From a virus: DNA of 64,000 nucleotides. Below, piece by piece: positions 9,041-17,902 of this stretch. The stretch spans positions 1 through 64,000 of IMG/VR virus record IMGVR_UViG_3300045988_168232; one strand, given 5' to 3'. A model generated the notes under the pieces. It ran no database searches, had not been told where the DNA came from, and was given only the letters and a program-made list of their open reading frames with translations. A program made the position numbers and the translations under genes. Position 1 is the stretch's first letter, and each line of letters begins with the position of its first letter.

Positions 9041-9757
9041 TTAAAGAACAATTTCCCAATCTTCAGCAAATACATCACTGATAGACGGTACCCAGCTATC
9101 TGCACGACCTGTATTCTCATTGTAGATAAGGCACTGGCATGTATAGTCAATGAATCCCTTGCCTTTCAGAATAAGGTCTTTCGCTGATTGTGGAAGTGAT
9201 TGCATCTTTGGAATAACATCCTCTGTAATGCGAGCTGGAACCTGCTTGATTACCCACAAGCCCTTGCCATTCCAGCCGCTCCTACGGACGGCCCCACCTT
9301 GTTTCAGGACTTCGATAGCATCACCAAATGTCATCTGATGCAAGGGAGCTTCGGGGGAACCATCAACTCTCCCAATACGGCATTCCAATACATTAATATA
9401 CCTGCTCATAATTCTATGTTGCAAACGAAGCAAATAATTCTGATATTTGTCAGTCACAACTTCGTCTATTTTCCCAGATTCAACAAATGGAGCAAGTTTG
9501 TCCATTTTTTCATATAAATCTCGCATTTCAACATGCAAACGGTCAAGGAATGTATCAACCACTTTATATGATTTCTTAAATTCATCTTCTTGCATCCACC
9601 CCTCAAATCCATCTTCATATACGACACGATAACCGTTAAGATCTCCCTTTCCGTCTTCTACCATATCACCGTACTGAGATTGATGTGTGAGCTGATAAAA
9701 TTCGCTAACAGTCATAGGTTCAGCTTCAACCTGTTTTGTTCCAATGTACTTTTTCAT
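9041..9757 (-). CDS. DUF2829-domain protein (Tad2 / AcrIIA7 family) with N-terminal extension
   Basis: C-terminal 'MTFGDAIEVLKQGGAVRRSGWNGKGLWV...WVPSISDVFAEDWEIV' matches the DUF2829 pattern. N-terminal 'KYIGTKQVEAEPMT' domain. Confidence 0.7.
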   Translation of the reverse strand: MKKYIGTKQVEAEPMTVSEFYQLTHQSQYGDMVEDGKGDLNGYRVVYEDGFEGWMQEDEFKKSYKVVDTFLDRLHVEMRDLYEKMDKLAPFVESGKIDEVVTDKYQNYLLRLQHRIMSRYINVLECRIGRVDGSPEAPLHQMTFGDAIEVLKQGGAVRRSGWNGKGLWVIKQVPARITEDVIPKMQSLPQSAKDLILKGKGFIDYTCQCLIYNENTGRADSWVPSISDVFAEDWEIVL

Positions 9758-9777
9758 ACTACAATTAATTAAAAATG

Positions 9778-10005
9778 TTATTTACTATGTTTTAATCTTG
9801 TGATAGCATCCTTTTTAGAATACGCCATCACTTTCTTTCCTTTCACTGTAAACTCACGTAATTCACGATGTTGTGTCTTAGGTCTATAGTTAGGATTAAA
9901 TTTCATGCCACAGCTGGGATTTTTATCCATATACACATTATTTCCTGAATCAGCCAAACCCATCATCATTGCTGTTTCAAGCATTATTTGTTTTAATCTA
10001 CTCAT
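9778..10005 (-). CDS. Hypothetical protein
   Basis: 75-aa basic ORF. Confidence 0.5.
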   Translation of the reverse strand: MSRLKQIMLETAMMMGLADSGNNVYMDKNPSCGMKFNPNYRPKTQHRELREFTVKGKKVMAYSKKDAITRLKHSK

Positions 10006-10008
10006 AAG

Positions 10009-10230
10009 CTAAATCTCCGTTAGTGTTGAGAAATCTTCCAACTCCTCTTTAGCAATAGATTTAATAAGCCGAATATCCTGCTTGCTAAATTCAAATGTCG
10101 GAATGTATTTTAATATTGGACAATACAATGTGCCACAGTCTGTTTCTTCTACTTCCATATAAACTGTAGCATTTGCCAGTGTTCCAAGTAAAGACACGAG
10201 CAATGCTTTGATTTCTTCTGTTTTATTCAT
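10009..10230 (-). CDS. Hypothetical protein
   Basis: 73-aa ORF packed into the array. Confidence 0.5.
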   Translation of the reverse strand: MNKTEEIKALLVSLLGTLANATVYMEVEETDCGTLYCPILKYIPTFEFSKQDIRLIKSIAKEELEDFSTLTEI

Positions 10231-10432
10231 TGATCAATTTCATTTTAAGTTCTACTCTCTGAGGACCGTTCTCCCATGTTACATCAGGAAAATCATCAGG
10301 ATTGAGGTGCACCAAACATTGACTCCACTCCCCAAACCATTTGAATCTTATAGGTTTTTTATCAAATAACCTAAGTGTACCTCGTTTATCTCTGGCAACC
10401 CAAGCATAGTATGTTCTACTTACTTTTTCCAT
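10223..10432 (-). CDS. Hypothetical protein (paralogue of 13803..14057)
   Basis: 'YAWVARDKRGTLRLFDKKP...FPDVTWENGP' compares with 'KIWIARDE...HLFYDTP...FPELKE'. Confidence 0.55.
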   Translation of the reverse strand: MEKVSRTYYAWVARDKRGTLRLFDKKPIRFKWFGEWSQCLVHLNPDDFPDVTWENGPQRVELKMKLINE

Positions 10433-10895
10433 TTCCTAGCCCTTTTAAATATTCTTTATTAAAATGCCTATTCCGAATGAGCCAATCTATCATAGAAACA
10501 CAACATTCTATTGGTGTATCCTCTATGTGTGTTCCAACCAAACAATCTGCTGTATATCTTCTTATTGATAAATTATATCCTGAGCTATGTTTAATCAATT
10601 CTGGATGATGAGATTTAAATCCTGGTTTCGGATCTGGAATCTCGTTTGGTATCATTTCTAATAATCGTGATAGGCTCCATGCTGGTATTATGTCTCGATT
10701 CATATGTACAGAAAACCAATTGCCAGTATTTATATTTTTTGTTAGAGCATGGATGTAGTATTCACCAGCTTCAGGTAACGATGATTTTTCCAGATACATA
10801 TCCGCAGTTTTAGGTTGTAATCCTAAAGAAAGAAGCCTTTTGGATTGTTCTCTCGTTGTGCATATTTGACTTTTAAAATTCATATCCTTATTCAT
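10416..10895 (-). CDS. Hypothetical phage protein (paralogue family)
   Basis: 159 aa. 'TREQSKRLLSLGLQPKTADM' and 'IPAWSLSRLLEMIP'. Confidence 0.6.
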   Translation of the reverse strand: MNKDMNFKSQICTTREQSKRLLSLGLQPKTADMYLEKSSLPEAGEYYIHALTKNINTGNWFSVHMNRDIIPAWSLSRLLEMIPNEIPDPKPGFKSHHPELIKHSSGYNLSIRRYTADCLVGTHIEDTPIECCVSMIDWLIRNRHFNKEYLKGLGNGKSK

Positions 10896-11167
10896 GGTTC
10901 AAGTAAATTTTGCATATTGATAAAATTCCTATTTTCAATTACTGCATCTTCTGGGTAATAAGTGGCTCGTAAATACCATTCATTATAGCATTTCGGGCAA
11001 TACCATTGATTGAGCACTGCAATATAATATCCTTCTGTAGATGTATTGCCACACCAGTCGCAAATGCCAAATCCACCTATATAATTAATTTCAGGCAGAT
11101 TCATTTTCATCACTTTGAATCCTTTTTTATTCTTTACAATTTCAGCCATAATCAGTAACTTTTTCAT
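10892..11167 (-). CDS. Small zinc-binding protein
   Basis: 'CDWCGN...CPKC'. Start taken at the ATG at 11167, which forms an ATGA overlap with the upstream stop; the track ORF extends to 11218. Confidence 0.55.
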   Translation of the reverse strand: MKKLLIMAEIVKNKKGFKVMKMNLPEINYIGGFGICDWCGNTSTEGYYIAVLNQWYCPKCYNEWYLRATYYPEDAVIENRNFINMQNLLEP

Positions 11168-11427
11168 TTTGCTTTTTGGGGAAGTCGTAATGCGTATATG
11201 GATACTTCGTGGTTGCAAAAATCTCCGGCACCATAAGCAGTTACTTCATATTTGTCGCCATCCATATCTACTATGATTTGATTTGTTTCGACCTCCGTTA
11301 TTTTACAGTCCATCAGTAAATGATTGTGTATAAAATCATTCATTGAATCCGTTGTTGTGTAAAGAGGATATTCTGTTTCCCATCTATAATACTGCAAACC
11401 ATCCAGTATCATTTGTTTAGTTAGCAT
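11164..11427 (-). CDS. Hypothetical protein
   Basis: 87-aa ORF with start/stop overlaps to both neighbours. Confidence 0.5.
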   Translation of the reverse strand: MLTKQMILDGLQYYRWETEYPLYTTTDSMNDFIHNHLLMDCKITEVETNQIIVDMDGDKYEVTAYGAGDFCNHEVSIYALRLPQKAK

Positions 11428-11669
11428 TATACACCTCCTTTCTTGATTGTCAGTTCTACCTCGCCATTGCCATTAGCAATGGTATATTCATCACAATTAT
11501 CATTCTCGAACTTCTGTTGAGAATACCACACAATCAGACCAAGTATTTCGTTTTCTGTGATTTCTCGTCTAACTTGGCTCATAAGAGCCTTGTCTTTGTT
11601 CCTTTTAGCTATATAAGCGGACTTCCAGCCGGTCACAATAACTGTTTCTTGTAATTCTTTTTGTGTCAT
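11427..11669 (-). CDS. Hypothetical protein
   Basis: 80-aa ORF. Confidence 0.5.
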   Translation of the reverse strand: MTQKELQETVIVTGWKSAYIAKRNKDKALMSQVRREITENEILGLIVWYSQQKFENDNCDEYTIANGNGEVELTIKKGGV

Positions 11670-12166
11670 TTTTCTTCATTTTTGTTTGTTAATACTTCGA
11701 TGATTGGCTTTTCATTGAAGAGAAATACGGTTTCACAATCCCAACAATGTAAAAAATATGGATAAGAGCAGTATGTCTCCATCATTCCACGAACTGTAAG
11801 CCAAATGCCATCATACATTTTTACCAATCCCCCCCAGTTGATACAAAGCAGTCCATATTGACCAAGTTCCATGATATGTGGATGTACCATTTTTCGTATC
11901 AAATCATCCAAACTATCAATGATAAGTAATCGACTTGTGTCTACCTTCAATCTAAAACTCTTTTCAAGCTGCCATGCATGGAAATCTTCACGTAAACACC
12001 ATTTTCTCCAACTGTATTCCGAATCTATTGGTGACGTCCATAAACCTCCGCTTTGTGGCTTGGAAAATCCGTGAACTGGAATTTCGCAAATTGAGTGTAT
12101 GGGGTCAAGATGGTCATTCCCACAATGTTCCACTTCTATTATTTTGCTTTCATGACTATTTTTCAT
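11666..12166 (-). CDS. Hypothetical protein
   Basis: 166-aa ORF, 'GGLWTSP...WDCETVFLFNE'. Confidence 0.55.
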   Translation of the reverse strand: MKNSHESKIIEVEHCGNDHLDPIHSICEIPVHGFSKPQSGGLWTSPIDSEYSWRKWCLREDFHAWQLEKSFRLKVDTSRLLIIDSLDDLIRKMVHPHIMELGQYGLLCINWGGLVKMYDGIWLTVRGMMETYCSYPYFLHCWDCETVFLFNEKPIIEVLTNKNEEK

Positions 12167-12399
12167 TTTAAATTATGTTTTGCAGTGTAAAGCATTTGGG
12201 AAATCTTATTTGAAACATTTCTTTTCATTACACTACTAATGTCTTTGCTCCAATAATTACTCTCTATTTCCGAGATAACATCATAAGCAAATTTCGATAA
12301 TACATCAGCATTATGTTTATATCGTTTATCACCACGTTTTTTAAGCATTGCTTGAAGCTCCTTATAGGATGTGGGAATCTTAATAGTCAGTGTTTTCAT
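12163..12399 (-). CDS. Hypothetical protein
   Basis: 78-aa ORF. Confidence 0.5.
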   Translation of the reverse strand: MKTLTIKIPTSYKELQAMLKKRGDKRYKHNADVLSKFAYDVISEIESNYWSKDISSVMKRNVSNKISQMLYTAKHNLK

Positions 12400-12563
12400 T
12401 TCTCTTCCTTTTTGATAAATGATTGATATGATTTACAATAACGAGGTGTTTTTCTTGCTGTAATGCGCTTTTGCAAAGCCTTACAATACATTTGACAGTT
12501 GGGGCATGGTTCATAGTGTATGCACTCACTGCAATGTGCATCCGGATTGATTATTTTAGCCAT
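12396..12563 (-). CDS. Small Cys-rich protein (55 aa, below the ORF-track cutoff)
   Basis: Hand translation gives MAKIINPDAHCSECIHYEPCPNCQMYCKALQKR... It has an ATGA overlap with 12163..12399 and fills an otherwise empty gap. Confidence 0.4.
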   Translation of the reverse strand: MAKIINPDAHCSECIHYEPCPNCQMYCKALQKRITARKTPRYCKSYQSFIKKEEK

Positions 12564-13798
12564 TCATCATAGATTTTTTCCCAATTATCAAATAAACCAA
12601 CTCTTGTACCAAAAGCATTGTAGCATTGCAGTACGGTTTCTTTAGGTGGAAGATAACGTCCATCGCTCAGCATTATATATCCTTCATTAATTTGCTGTTG
12701 AAGTAGTTCCATATCAACTGGCATTATCTCATCTGGGAATAAGACCACGTTCCCTTTGCTTGTTTGGTAACTCACTCTGGGAAGTTCAAAATGTCCTTTT
12801 TGTCCCGTAAGCAAAGAACATATTCCAATTTCTCCAGTGATAAGATGAATCTCTGTATTAGGAGAGTTTATAACCATAAAATATGCATTTTCATCACCAT
12901 TGAAATGGTTTACAGTTCTTTCAACTCTTACAGTATCGCAGTTTTGGACTCTTGCGTCATAATGAAATCCCATCTCATCATAATCGTTAATGTACTTTCT
13001 TACCTTATCCCATGTCCTCACTGATAAAAATTTAGGAGCCGGGAGATTAAGAGTTTTTTCAGTGCCATTATCATATTTAAGTTCATGTGCAACGTAATGT
13101 CTTCTTGAACCTGCACGATACATATCGGTAACATCAAAGCTCTCGTCATATCCATTTTTTGTAGAATACTCTTCAAGAACAACACTTTCACTTACTATAA
13201 TCTCATCAACTATCTTTTGAAATTCAGCTTCAGCATTAGTAAGCAAACTATCAGTGTTCATTTTATCCTGCATCGGGATTTGTGCCACAAGTTTTATCGG
13301 ATATAATCTTTCATCTGTGTCATAGCACATATTCTCTACGATGCCACATTTGACCTTGCCACATCTTTCGTAAAAGAAGTCCATAGTCCTCATTACATCC
13401 TGGGAACTCAACTTGGTTGGTTGTGTCACAAATAAAACGTAGCTTACTTTTACCCGGCTGAGAAGTTCTATATGCACATTGGTAACGCTTGGAGGTGTGT
13501 CAATAAGAACAAAGTCCGGATTAATCTGTTGCAATTTCTTTTTAGCTTGTTCAAGGTACTGTCTTACCATTGATTTTTCCAAGTATATGAACTTATCAAA
13601 CATATTACCAGACGAATGAACCCAAATGTTTTTTTGTGGATGCTCACTCTCGAACTCTGTATTCATTGATGGAGTATTGATATCCGCATCTATAATAAAT
13701 ACTTTATGCCCTTTCTGAGAGAGAAGTCTCGCTATATTTGCTGTTGTGGTAGTTTTTCCAACACCGCCTTTTCCTGAATATATTATAATTGCTTTCAT
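12551..13798 (-). CDS. ParA/MinD/Mrp-superfamily P-loop ATPase with ~210-aa unique C-terminal domain
   Basis: Deviant Walker A 'SGKGGVGKTTT', then 'FIIDADINTPS' and 'VLIDTPPS'. The ATG at 13798 (MKAIIIY) is preferred over the track start at 13831. Confidence 0.75.
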   Translation of the reverse strand: MKAIIIYSGKGGVGKTTTTANIARLLSQKGHKVFIIDADINTPSMNTEFESEHPQKNIWVHSSGNMFDKFIYLEKSMVRQYLEQAKKKLQQINPDFVLIDTPPSVTNVHIELLSRVKVSYVLFVTQPTKLSSQDVMRTMDFFYERCGKVKCGIVENMCYDTDERLYPIKLVAQIPMQDKMNTDSLLTNAEAEFQKIVDEIIVSESVVLEEYSTKNGYDESFDVTDMYRAGSRRHYVAHELKYDNGTEKTLNLPAPKFLSVRTWDKVRKYINDYDEMGFHYDARVQNCDTVRVERTVNHFNGDENAYFMVINSPNTEIHLITGEIGICSLLTGQKGHFELPRVSYQTSKGNVVLFPDEIMPVDMELLQQQINEGYIMLSDGRYLPPKETVLQCYNAFGTRVGLFDNWEKIYDEWLK

Positions 13799-13802
13799 TA
13801 CA

Positions 13803-14057
13803 CTATTTTTTATCTTCTTTAAATACAACACGTGATGTCTCTTTCAATTCTGGAAACATATATGATGGTATGGTTGCTATTTTCCTTGCATTTTCCCAGC
13901 AATACAATTTCTTTTCTCCGTTGAATACAAGCTTCGGAGTGTCGTAAAATAGGTGGATGGCACCTCTTGAACAACAACCGTCTTCATCACATTCAGCTTC
14001 ATCGCGAGCTATCCATATTTTATAGTCCTTTTCCATATTGCTTTTTTGCTTAAACAT
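13803..14057 (-). CDS. Hypothetical protein (paralogue of 10223..10432)
   Basis: 84-aa ORF with the shared 'W(I/V)ARD' motif. Confidence 0.55.
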   Translation of the reverse strand: MFKQKSNMEKDYKIWIARDEAECDEDGCCSRGAIHLFYDTPKLVFNGEKKLYCWENARKIATIPSYMFPELKETSRVVFKEDKK

Positions 14058-14068
14058 TATTGATTATC

Positions 14069-14269
14069 TTAGAAACATCGGCTTCTTATACAATGCCAAT
14101 AGATTTTCTTTTTGAAGTTTTGTGGACACAGAGGTTTAACCTTGGTATTCCATCCCTCACGACATTGTAACCTCTCACTTTGTATCAGATTGTTTTTATA
14201 TTCCATAAATCCCTTTACCGTTTCAGTAATACTGTTAGGATGAATTTCATATATTTCATTTACTACCAT
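14069..14269 (-). CDS. Hypothetical protein
   Basis: 66-aa ORF filling a gap in the array. Confidence 0.4.
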   Translation of the reverse strand: MVVNEIYEIHPNSITETVKGFMEYKNNLIQSERLQCREGWNTKVKPLCPQNFKKKIYWHCIRSRCF

Positions 14270-14280
14270 AAAATATTGAT

Positions 14281-14676
14281 TTATTTTCTGTTAAAATCTG
14301 CCGGTATTTCACCAAATGTTCTGTTGTCCCATTTTACGACTTCTATTTCATCAATCCAATATGCCATAGCTCTGAGGTATATTTCAGCCTTCATCAGTTT
14401 ATCATTGCGTTTACCTGAAGCGGTACGTTTATTTTTGAACCAACTGATTGCTGTCGTGCTATCGGAAAAAATAACTTTTGGATGGAAATCATGTTCTATG
14501 ATGTATTTTACGGCCTCTACGATTGCAAGGAACTCACCAATATTAATGGTTTGATTGCCCAAATCACAGTAAAATAATGTTTTCCCGTTTTTTAAGTCAA
14601 CCCCTTGAAATTCCGTTTTACGGTTTTTTGTTGAGTGGGCGGCATCAACGGCTATACCTTCATTGAGACTAATCAT
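14281..14676 (-). CDS. RNase H (type 1-like)
   Basis: DEDD-type residues in 'IAVDAAHS', 'IGEFLAIVEAV', 'VIFSDSTTAISW' and 'GEIPADF'. Confidence 0.7.
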   Translation of the reverse strand: MISLNEGIAVDAAHSTKNRKTEFQGVDLKNGKTLFYCDLGNQTINIGEFLAIVEAVKYIIEHDFHPKVIFSDSTTAISWFKNKRTASGKRNDKLMKAEIYLRAMAYWIDEIEVVKWDNRTFGEIPADFNRK

Positions 14677-14688
14677 ATTGCAAGATTG

Positions 14689-15426
14689 TTAATTGATACT
14701 ATTTTCATCATCTAAAATAAAATCAGGATATTTAAATTTCATTCTTTGCTCCATTGAAAGAGAAGAATAAATCCTTGCATAGTTTACCATTTCGGTTTGT
14801 TTCTCATTCAGCATATCCATGGTGACAAATGTATTGGCTTGCAGTAATTTTCTGTGTTTGTCCCACTGAAGTAGAGCAACGCCATCATTGACTGGACCAA
14901 AAACGTGTACCTTATTACGGAATACTGAACGTGTTTCTATCCAAGTCATTGAAAGATTGCGTTTCATGTAAATCGCAATAATATCAACCGATGATTTGGA
15001 AAGTTCTAATTGTGAACGTGTTTGCCAATCACAAATCTTACAGAAACGATTTTGATACCTGTGAAAGAAATGTGGTGTGAACTTAATGGCTTGTTGGCTT
15101 TGAACATAAAAAGCAATAGCACACACACCTTTTGAAGTATCCATCAGTCCGATATGAAAAGAAGTCCAGTTCCATTGTTTTTGTTGCCCTTCTCCTGTCT
15201 GAACATAAACCAATATACCAAGATAACGATTTCCACGCTGTGATGTAAAAACTTTAGTAATTGCTACCTGTAGTTTCTTACGGCGCTTCCACAAATACTT
15301 TAAGACATAATCCGTCTGGTCAAAGTTGATAGTTTGAATTTGAATATCTTGAAGGTCTGCATAATATTCTTCAAACAATTGACCGCTTGACATTCTTTCT
15401 TCAAACATTATTATGAGATTGTTCAT
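14689..15426 (-). CDS. Hypothetical protein
   Basis: 245-aa ORF. The start is ambiguous (Met codons at 15426, 15408 and 15393). Confidence 0.55.
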   Translation of the reverse strand: MNNLIIMFEERMSSGQLFEEYYADLQDIQIQTINFDQTDYVLKYLWKRRKKLQVAITKVFTSQRGNRYLGILVYVQTGEGQQKQWNWTSFHIGLMDTSKGVCAIAFYVQSQQAIKFTPHFFHRYQNRFCKICDWQTRSQLELSKSSVDIIAIYMKRNLSMTWIETRSVFRNKVHVFGPVNDGVALLQWDKHRKLLQANTFVTMDMLNEKQTEMVNYARIYSSLSMEQRMKFKYPDFILDDENSIN

Positions 15427-15946
15427 ACAGACGTTTGACTATGCAGGCTGAATTTATAAAATCTTCAGCTACGCCATGTGCATTTTCAAGGTCAATACGG
15501 CTCCGTAGATTGTCTGCTATAGCTTTTATCTCACGTTTCCTACGCTCCTTGCTGGAAGGGTCATAAATAATAACCTTGTTGCCGAACTTTACAGTAACTA
15601 AGAATACATTTTTTCTACAAGTCGTTGAAATAGTGCCAGTAAATTTTATAATAGATGCAGATTTTACAATGAAGCCCTCTTCGTTACGCATCGGGATCAA
15701 AGTGCAGCTATAAAGTACATTTGGTATAATGTCTTCTGAAATGGTGGGGTCAATGAATACAATTTTCTTTTTGACAGTATCTTCCCTACACCCTCTCCAG
15801 CTGCCGTTGGATTTGGTTACGAAGCCATACAATCTGTCTTGCATATTGTTAAGTCCTTTGTAGAACTTGATATTCGTTTTGATTTTATGTATCATTTTAT
15901 TCATTTTATCAATTAAGACAGGATAAATAAAAAGGCCCTGCACCAT
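15401..15946 (-). CDS. Hypothetical protein
   Basis: 181-aa ORF. An internal Met at 15904 (MNKMIHK) is a possible true start. Confidence 0.5.
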   Translation of the reverse strand: MVQGLFIYPVLIDKMNKMIHKIKTNIKFYKGLNNMQDRLYGFVTKSNGSWRGCREDTVKKKIVFIDPTISEDIIPNVLYSCTLIPMRNEEGFIVKSASIIKFTGTISTTCRKNVFLVTVKFGNKVIIYDPSSKERRKREIKAIADNLRSRIDLENAHGVAEDFINSACIVKRLYEQSHNNV

Positions 15947-16008
15947 GTAATAGTACAGAGCCTTAAAGAAGTTTTATTAACAAATCTTAAAATCGGGTCA
16001 GATAATAA

Positions 16009-16284
16009 TCAATAATCGGCACGTTCATCACGCTTTATTTGGTCCACATCCGGGATAATGTGTTTCCCGGATGAATCAAGTTGTTGAATTAATCTGAACG
16101 ACTTATTGATATTGGATATTTGTAAACTGTTTATGATATGGGTCTTTAATTTTCCATTGACATTTTCAGTTGCAAGAAATTCATCATAGCCATTTGCATG
16201 ATTGTAAAATTGAACTATCAGGACTTCATCATCCTGAATTTTCAAATATTGCCATAATTGTTGAATTTTAAATGTTGCGTCCAT
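16009..16284 (-). CDS. Hypothetical protein
   Basis: 91-aa ORF. Confidence 0.5.
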   Translation of the reverse strand: MDATFKIQQLWQYLKIQDDEVLIVQFYNHANGYDEFLATENVNGKLKTHIINSLQISNINKSFRLIQQLDSSGKHIIPDVDQIKRDERADY

Positions 16285-16304
16285 GATATACTGCTTTTAA
16301 TCAA

Positions 16305-16706
16305 TTATAATTCTAAATCGTCTGCAAAACAATTGGAGCACAAACCATTGGTACGTTCATGACATTTTTTTGTAATGCGTATTCCGCAACGGTTGCAAAA
16401 CAATATTGATTCATTTCTTCCATGAAGTATTTTGTTAAGATTTGCCTTGCTGATATTATATTCTCGTTGCAGAGCCCTCATTACTTCAGGAAAATTATAA
16501 TTCTTATCTTGATGCTCCAACCAATGTAGTCCGCTTGTCAACCTTTCATAGTCTGCACGGATAAGGAGACTGCGAATATATGTTACATTAAGCAGACGTT
16601 GTGAATTGAAGCGCTCTAATGTAGCCAACTCAATGCCTAATAATTCACTTGCTTTTTCCAAATCCTTTGGACGTAGGCTGAATTGAACAGAATCGGAAAC
16701 CCCCAT
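16305..16706 (-). CDS. Hypothetical protein, possible Mor-like HTH activator with C-terminal zinc ribbon
   Basis: 'MRALQREYNISKANLNKILHG' is HTH-like. 'CNRCG...CSNC' forms the ribbon. Confidence 0.45.
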   Translation of the reverse strand: MGVSDSVQFSLRPKDLEKASELLGIELATLERFNSQRLLNVTYIRSLLIRADYERLTSGLHWLEHQDKNYNFPEVMRALQREYNISKANLNKILHGRNESILFCNRCGIRITKKCHERTNGLCSNCFADDLEL

Positions 16707-16707
16707 A

Positions 16708-17007
16708 CTATTCTGTCTTTTGGAATGAAATAGTCAAAACCGGCTTATATTTTTCGTCAACATCAATATTATAGAAGTGATCTGACAAAAGGTTTAGCAT
16801 TACACGGTTACTATCCTCATGAGACATCTTATCCCAGTCAAGTCCCATCTCATCTGATAATGAACGGGCAGCTTCATAAAATGGATTTTCTTTGGGAATT
16901 TCGTTAACATCGACAGGTGCATCATCTCCAAATAAATATTTGGAAAGGCTGAAATAATCACCAATTGCTTTTTGGGATTTTTCTAATAGTTCTTTTTTTG
17001 TTGCCAT
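16708..17007 (-). CDS. Hypothetical protein
   Basis: 99-aa ORF, 1-nt gap to the upstream gene. Confidence 0.5.
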   Translation of the reverse strand: MATKKELLEKSQKAIGDYFSLSKYLFGDDAPVDVNEIPKENPFYEAARSLSDEMGLDWDKMSHEDSNRVMLNLLSDHFYNIDVDEKYKPVLTISFQKTE

Positions 17008-17036
17008 AATGGATTGTTATTATGACACTGCTTTCA

Positions 17037-17477
17037 TCAATTAATAAAAGACAAATCGCAATGGATAACTTCGCAAACGGCAAGAAGGGTTTTGATAGAA
17101 AGTGAAGCCACATATTTATTAGTTCCAGATGTAGCCTTGATTTTTTCAAGTTCTTCTTCAACCAGTGATTTTGGAGCCGTATAATGAACCGCTGTTTTTC
17201 GATAAACGAGCTTATTATCTACTTCGTAACGATTCATTAATAAATCCAACACCTTATGCACATCAAGCACTGATATAGGGTAAAAACAATCTTCGGTAGT
17301 CAAGTCTGTCATCACAAATTTCAATCCCAAGTCTTGACAATATGCGATTAAATTTGAAACCGGGTAATTGCTTCTGCCGGATTTGATGGATTGGATAGCG
17401 TATGCCGAAAGACCACCTTTGTACACCTTGTCTTGTGATATTGCTTTAAGTTTCTCTGCAATTTGCTCTTGATTCAT
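17037..17477 (-). CDS. XRE/Cro-type HTH protein
   Basis: 'LSAYAIQSIKSGRSNYPVSNLIAYCQDLGLKF' is typical of an HTH_XRE layout. Confidence 0.55.
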   Translation of the reverse strand: MNQEQIAEKLKAISQDKVYKGGLSAYAIQSIKSGRSNYPVSNLIAYCQDLGLKFVMTDLTTEDCFYPISVLDVHKVLDLLMNRYEVDNKLVYRKTAVHYTAPKSLVEEELEKIKATSGTNKYVASLSIKTLLAVCEVIHCDLSFIN

Positions 17478-17824
17478 CTATGGATCGTTCTTTTAATTGT
17501 ATTTACTATTTCAATAACATCATTTCTTATCAATTCATAATTAAAGACATCCATTTCCTGACATTGTCCGATAAGAATTTCGAGTTCATCATTGGATTCA
17601 GACAGGTCGGATATATTTTCTGACAGCGTATCATTGCCGGCAGACCACTGAAATGATTCCGGTCTGTTATCAAGTGCCTCCTCTTCCTCATCCACACACT
17701 GTTCAACTTTACTTTGCGCATTCCGAACGATTTTTAATACGGCTTCCTTGTCCATTACCGGGTCTCTCAGTCTTTCTAAATCATCCAGTACAAGATGAAG
17801 TACTTTTCTCCGTCTTTTATTCAT
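17474..17824 (-). CDS. Hypothetical acidic protein
   Basis: 116-aa ORF with an ATGA-type overlap to the downstream gene. Confidence 0.5.
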   Translation of the reverse strand: MNKRRRKVLHLVLDDLERLRDPVMDKEAVLKIVRNAQSKVEQCVDEEEEALDNRPESFQWSAGNDTLSENISDLSESNDELEILIGQCQEMDVFNYELIRNDVIEIVNTIKRTIHR

Positions 17825-17902
17825 ACTTTTTGTTTTTAAGGTTTACTGAAAGATGATGCAAAGTTATAAAAAGTTTAGCAACTGCCTTTCAGCTTAAAAT
17901 AT

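Noticed and set aside
8968-9150. 60-aa ORF bridging the methyltransferase and DUF2829 genes
   Set aside because: It overlaps the 3' end of the DUF2829 gene in another frame, and its start would lie inside that gene.
16958-17161. 67-aa ORF overlapping 16708..17007 and 17037..17477
   Set aside because: It overlaps two better-supported neighbours in alternative frames.
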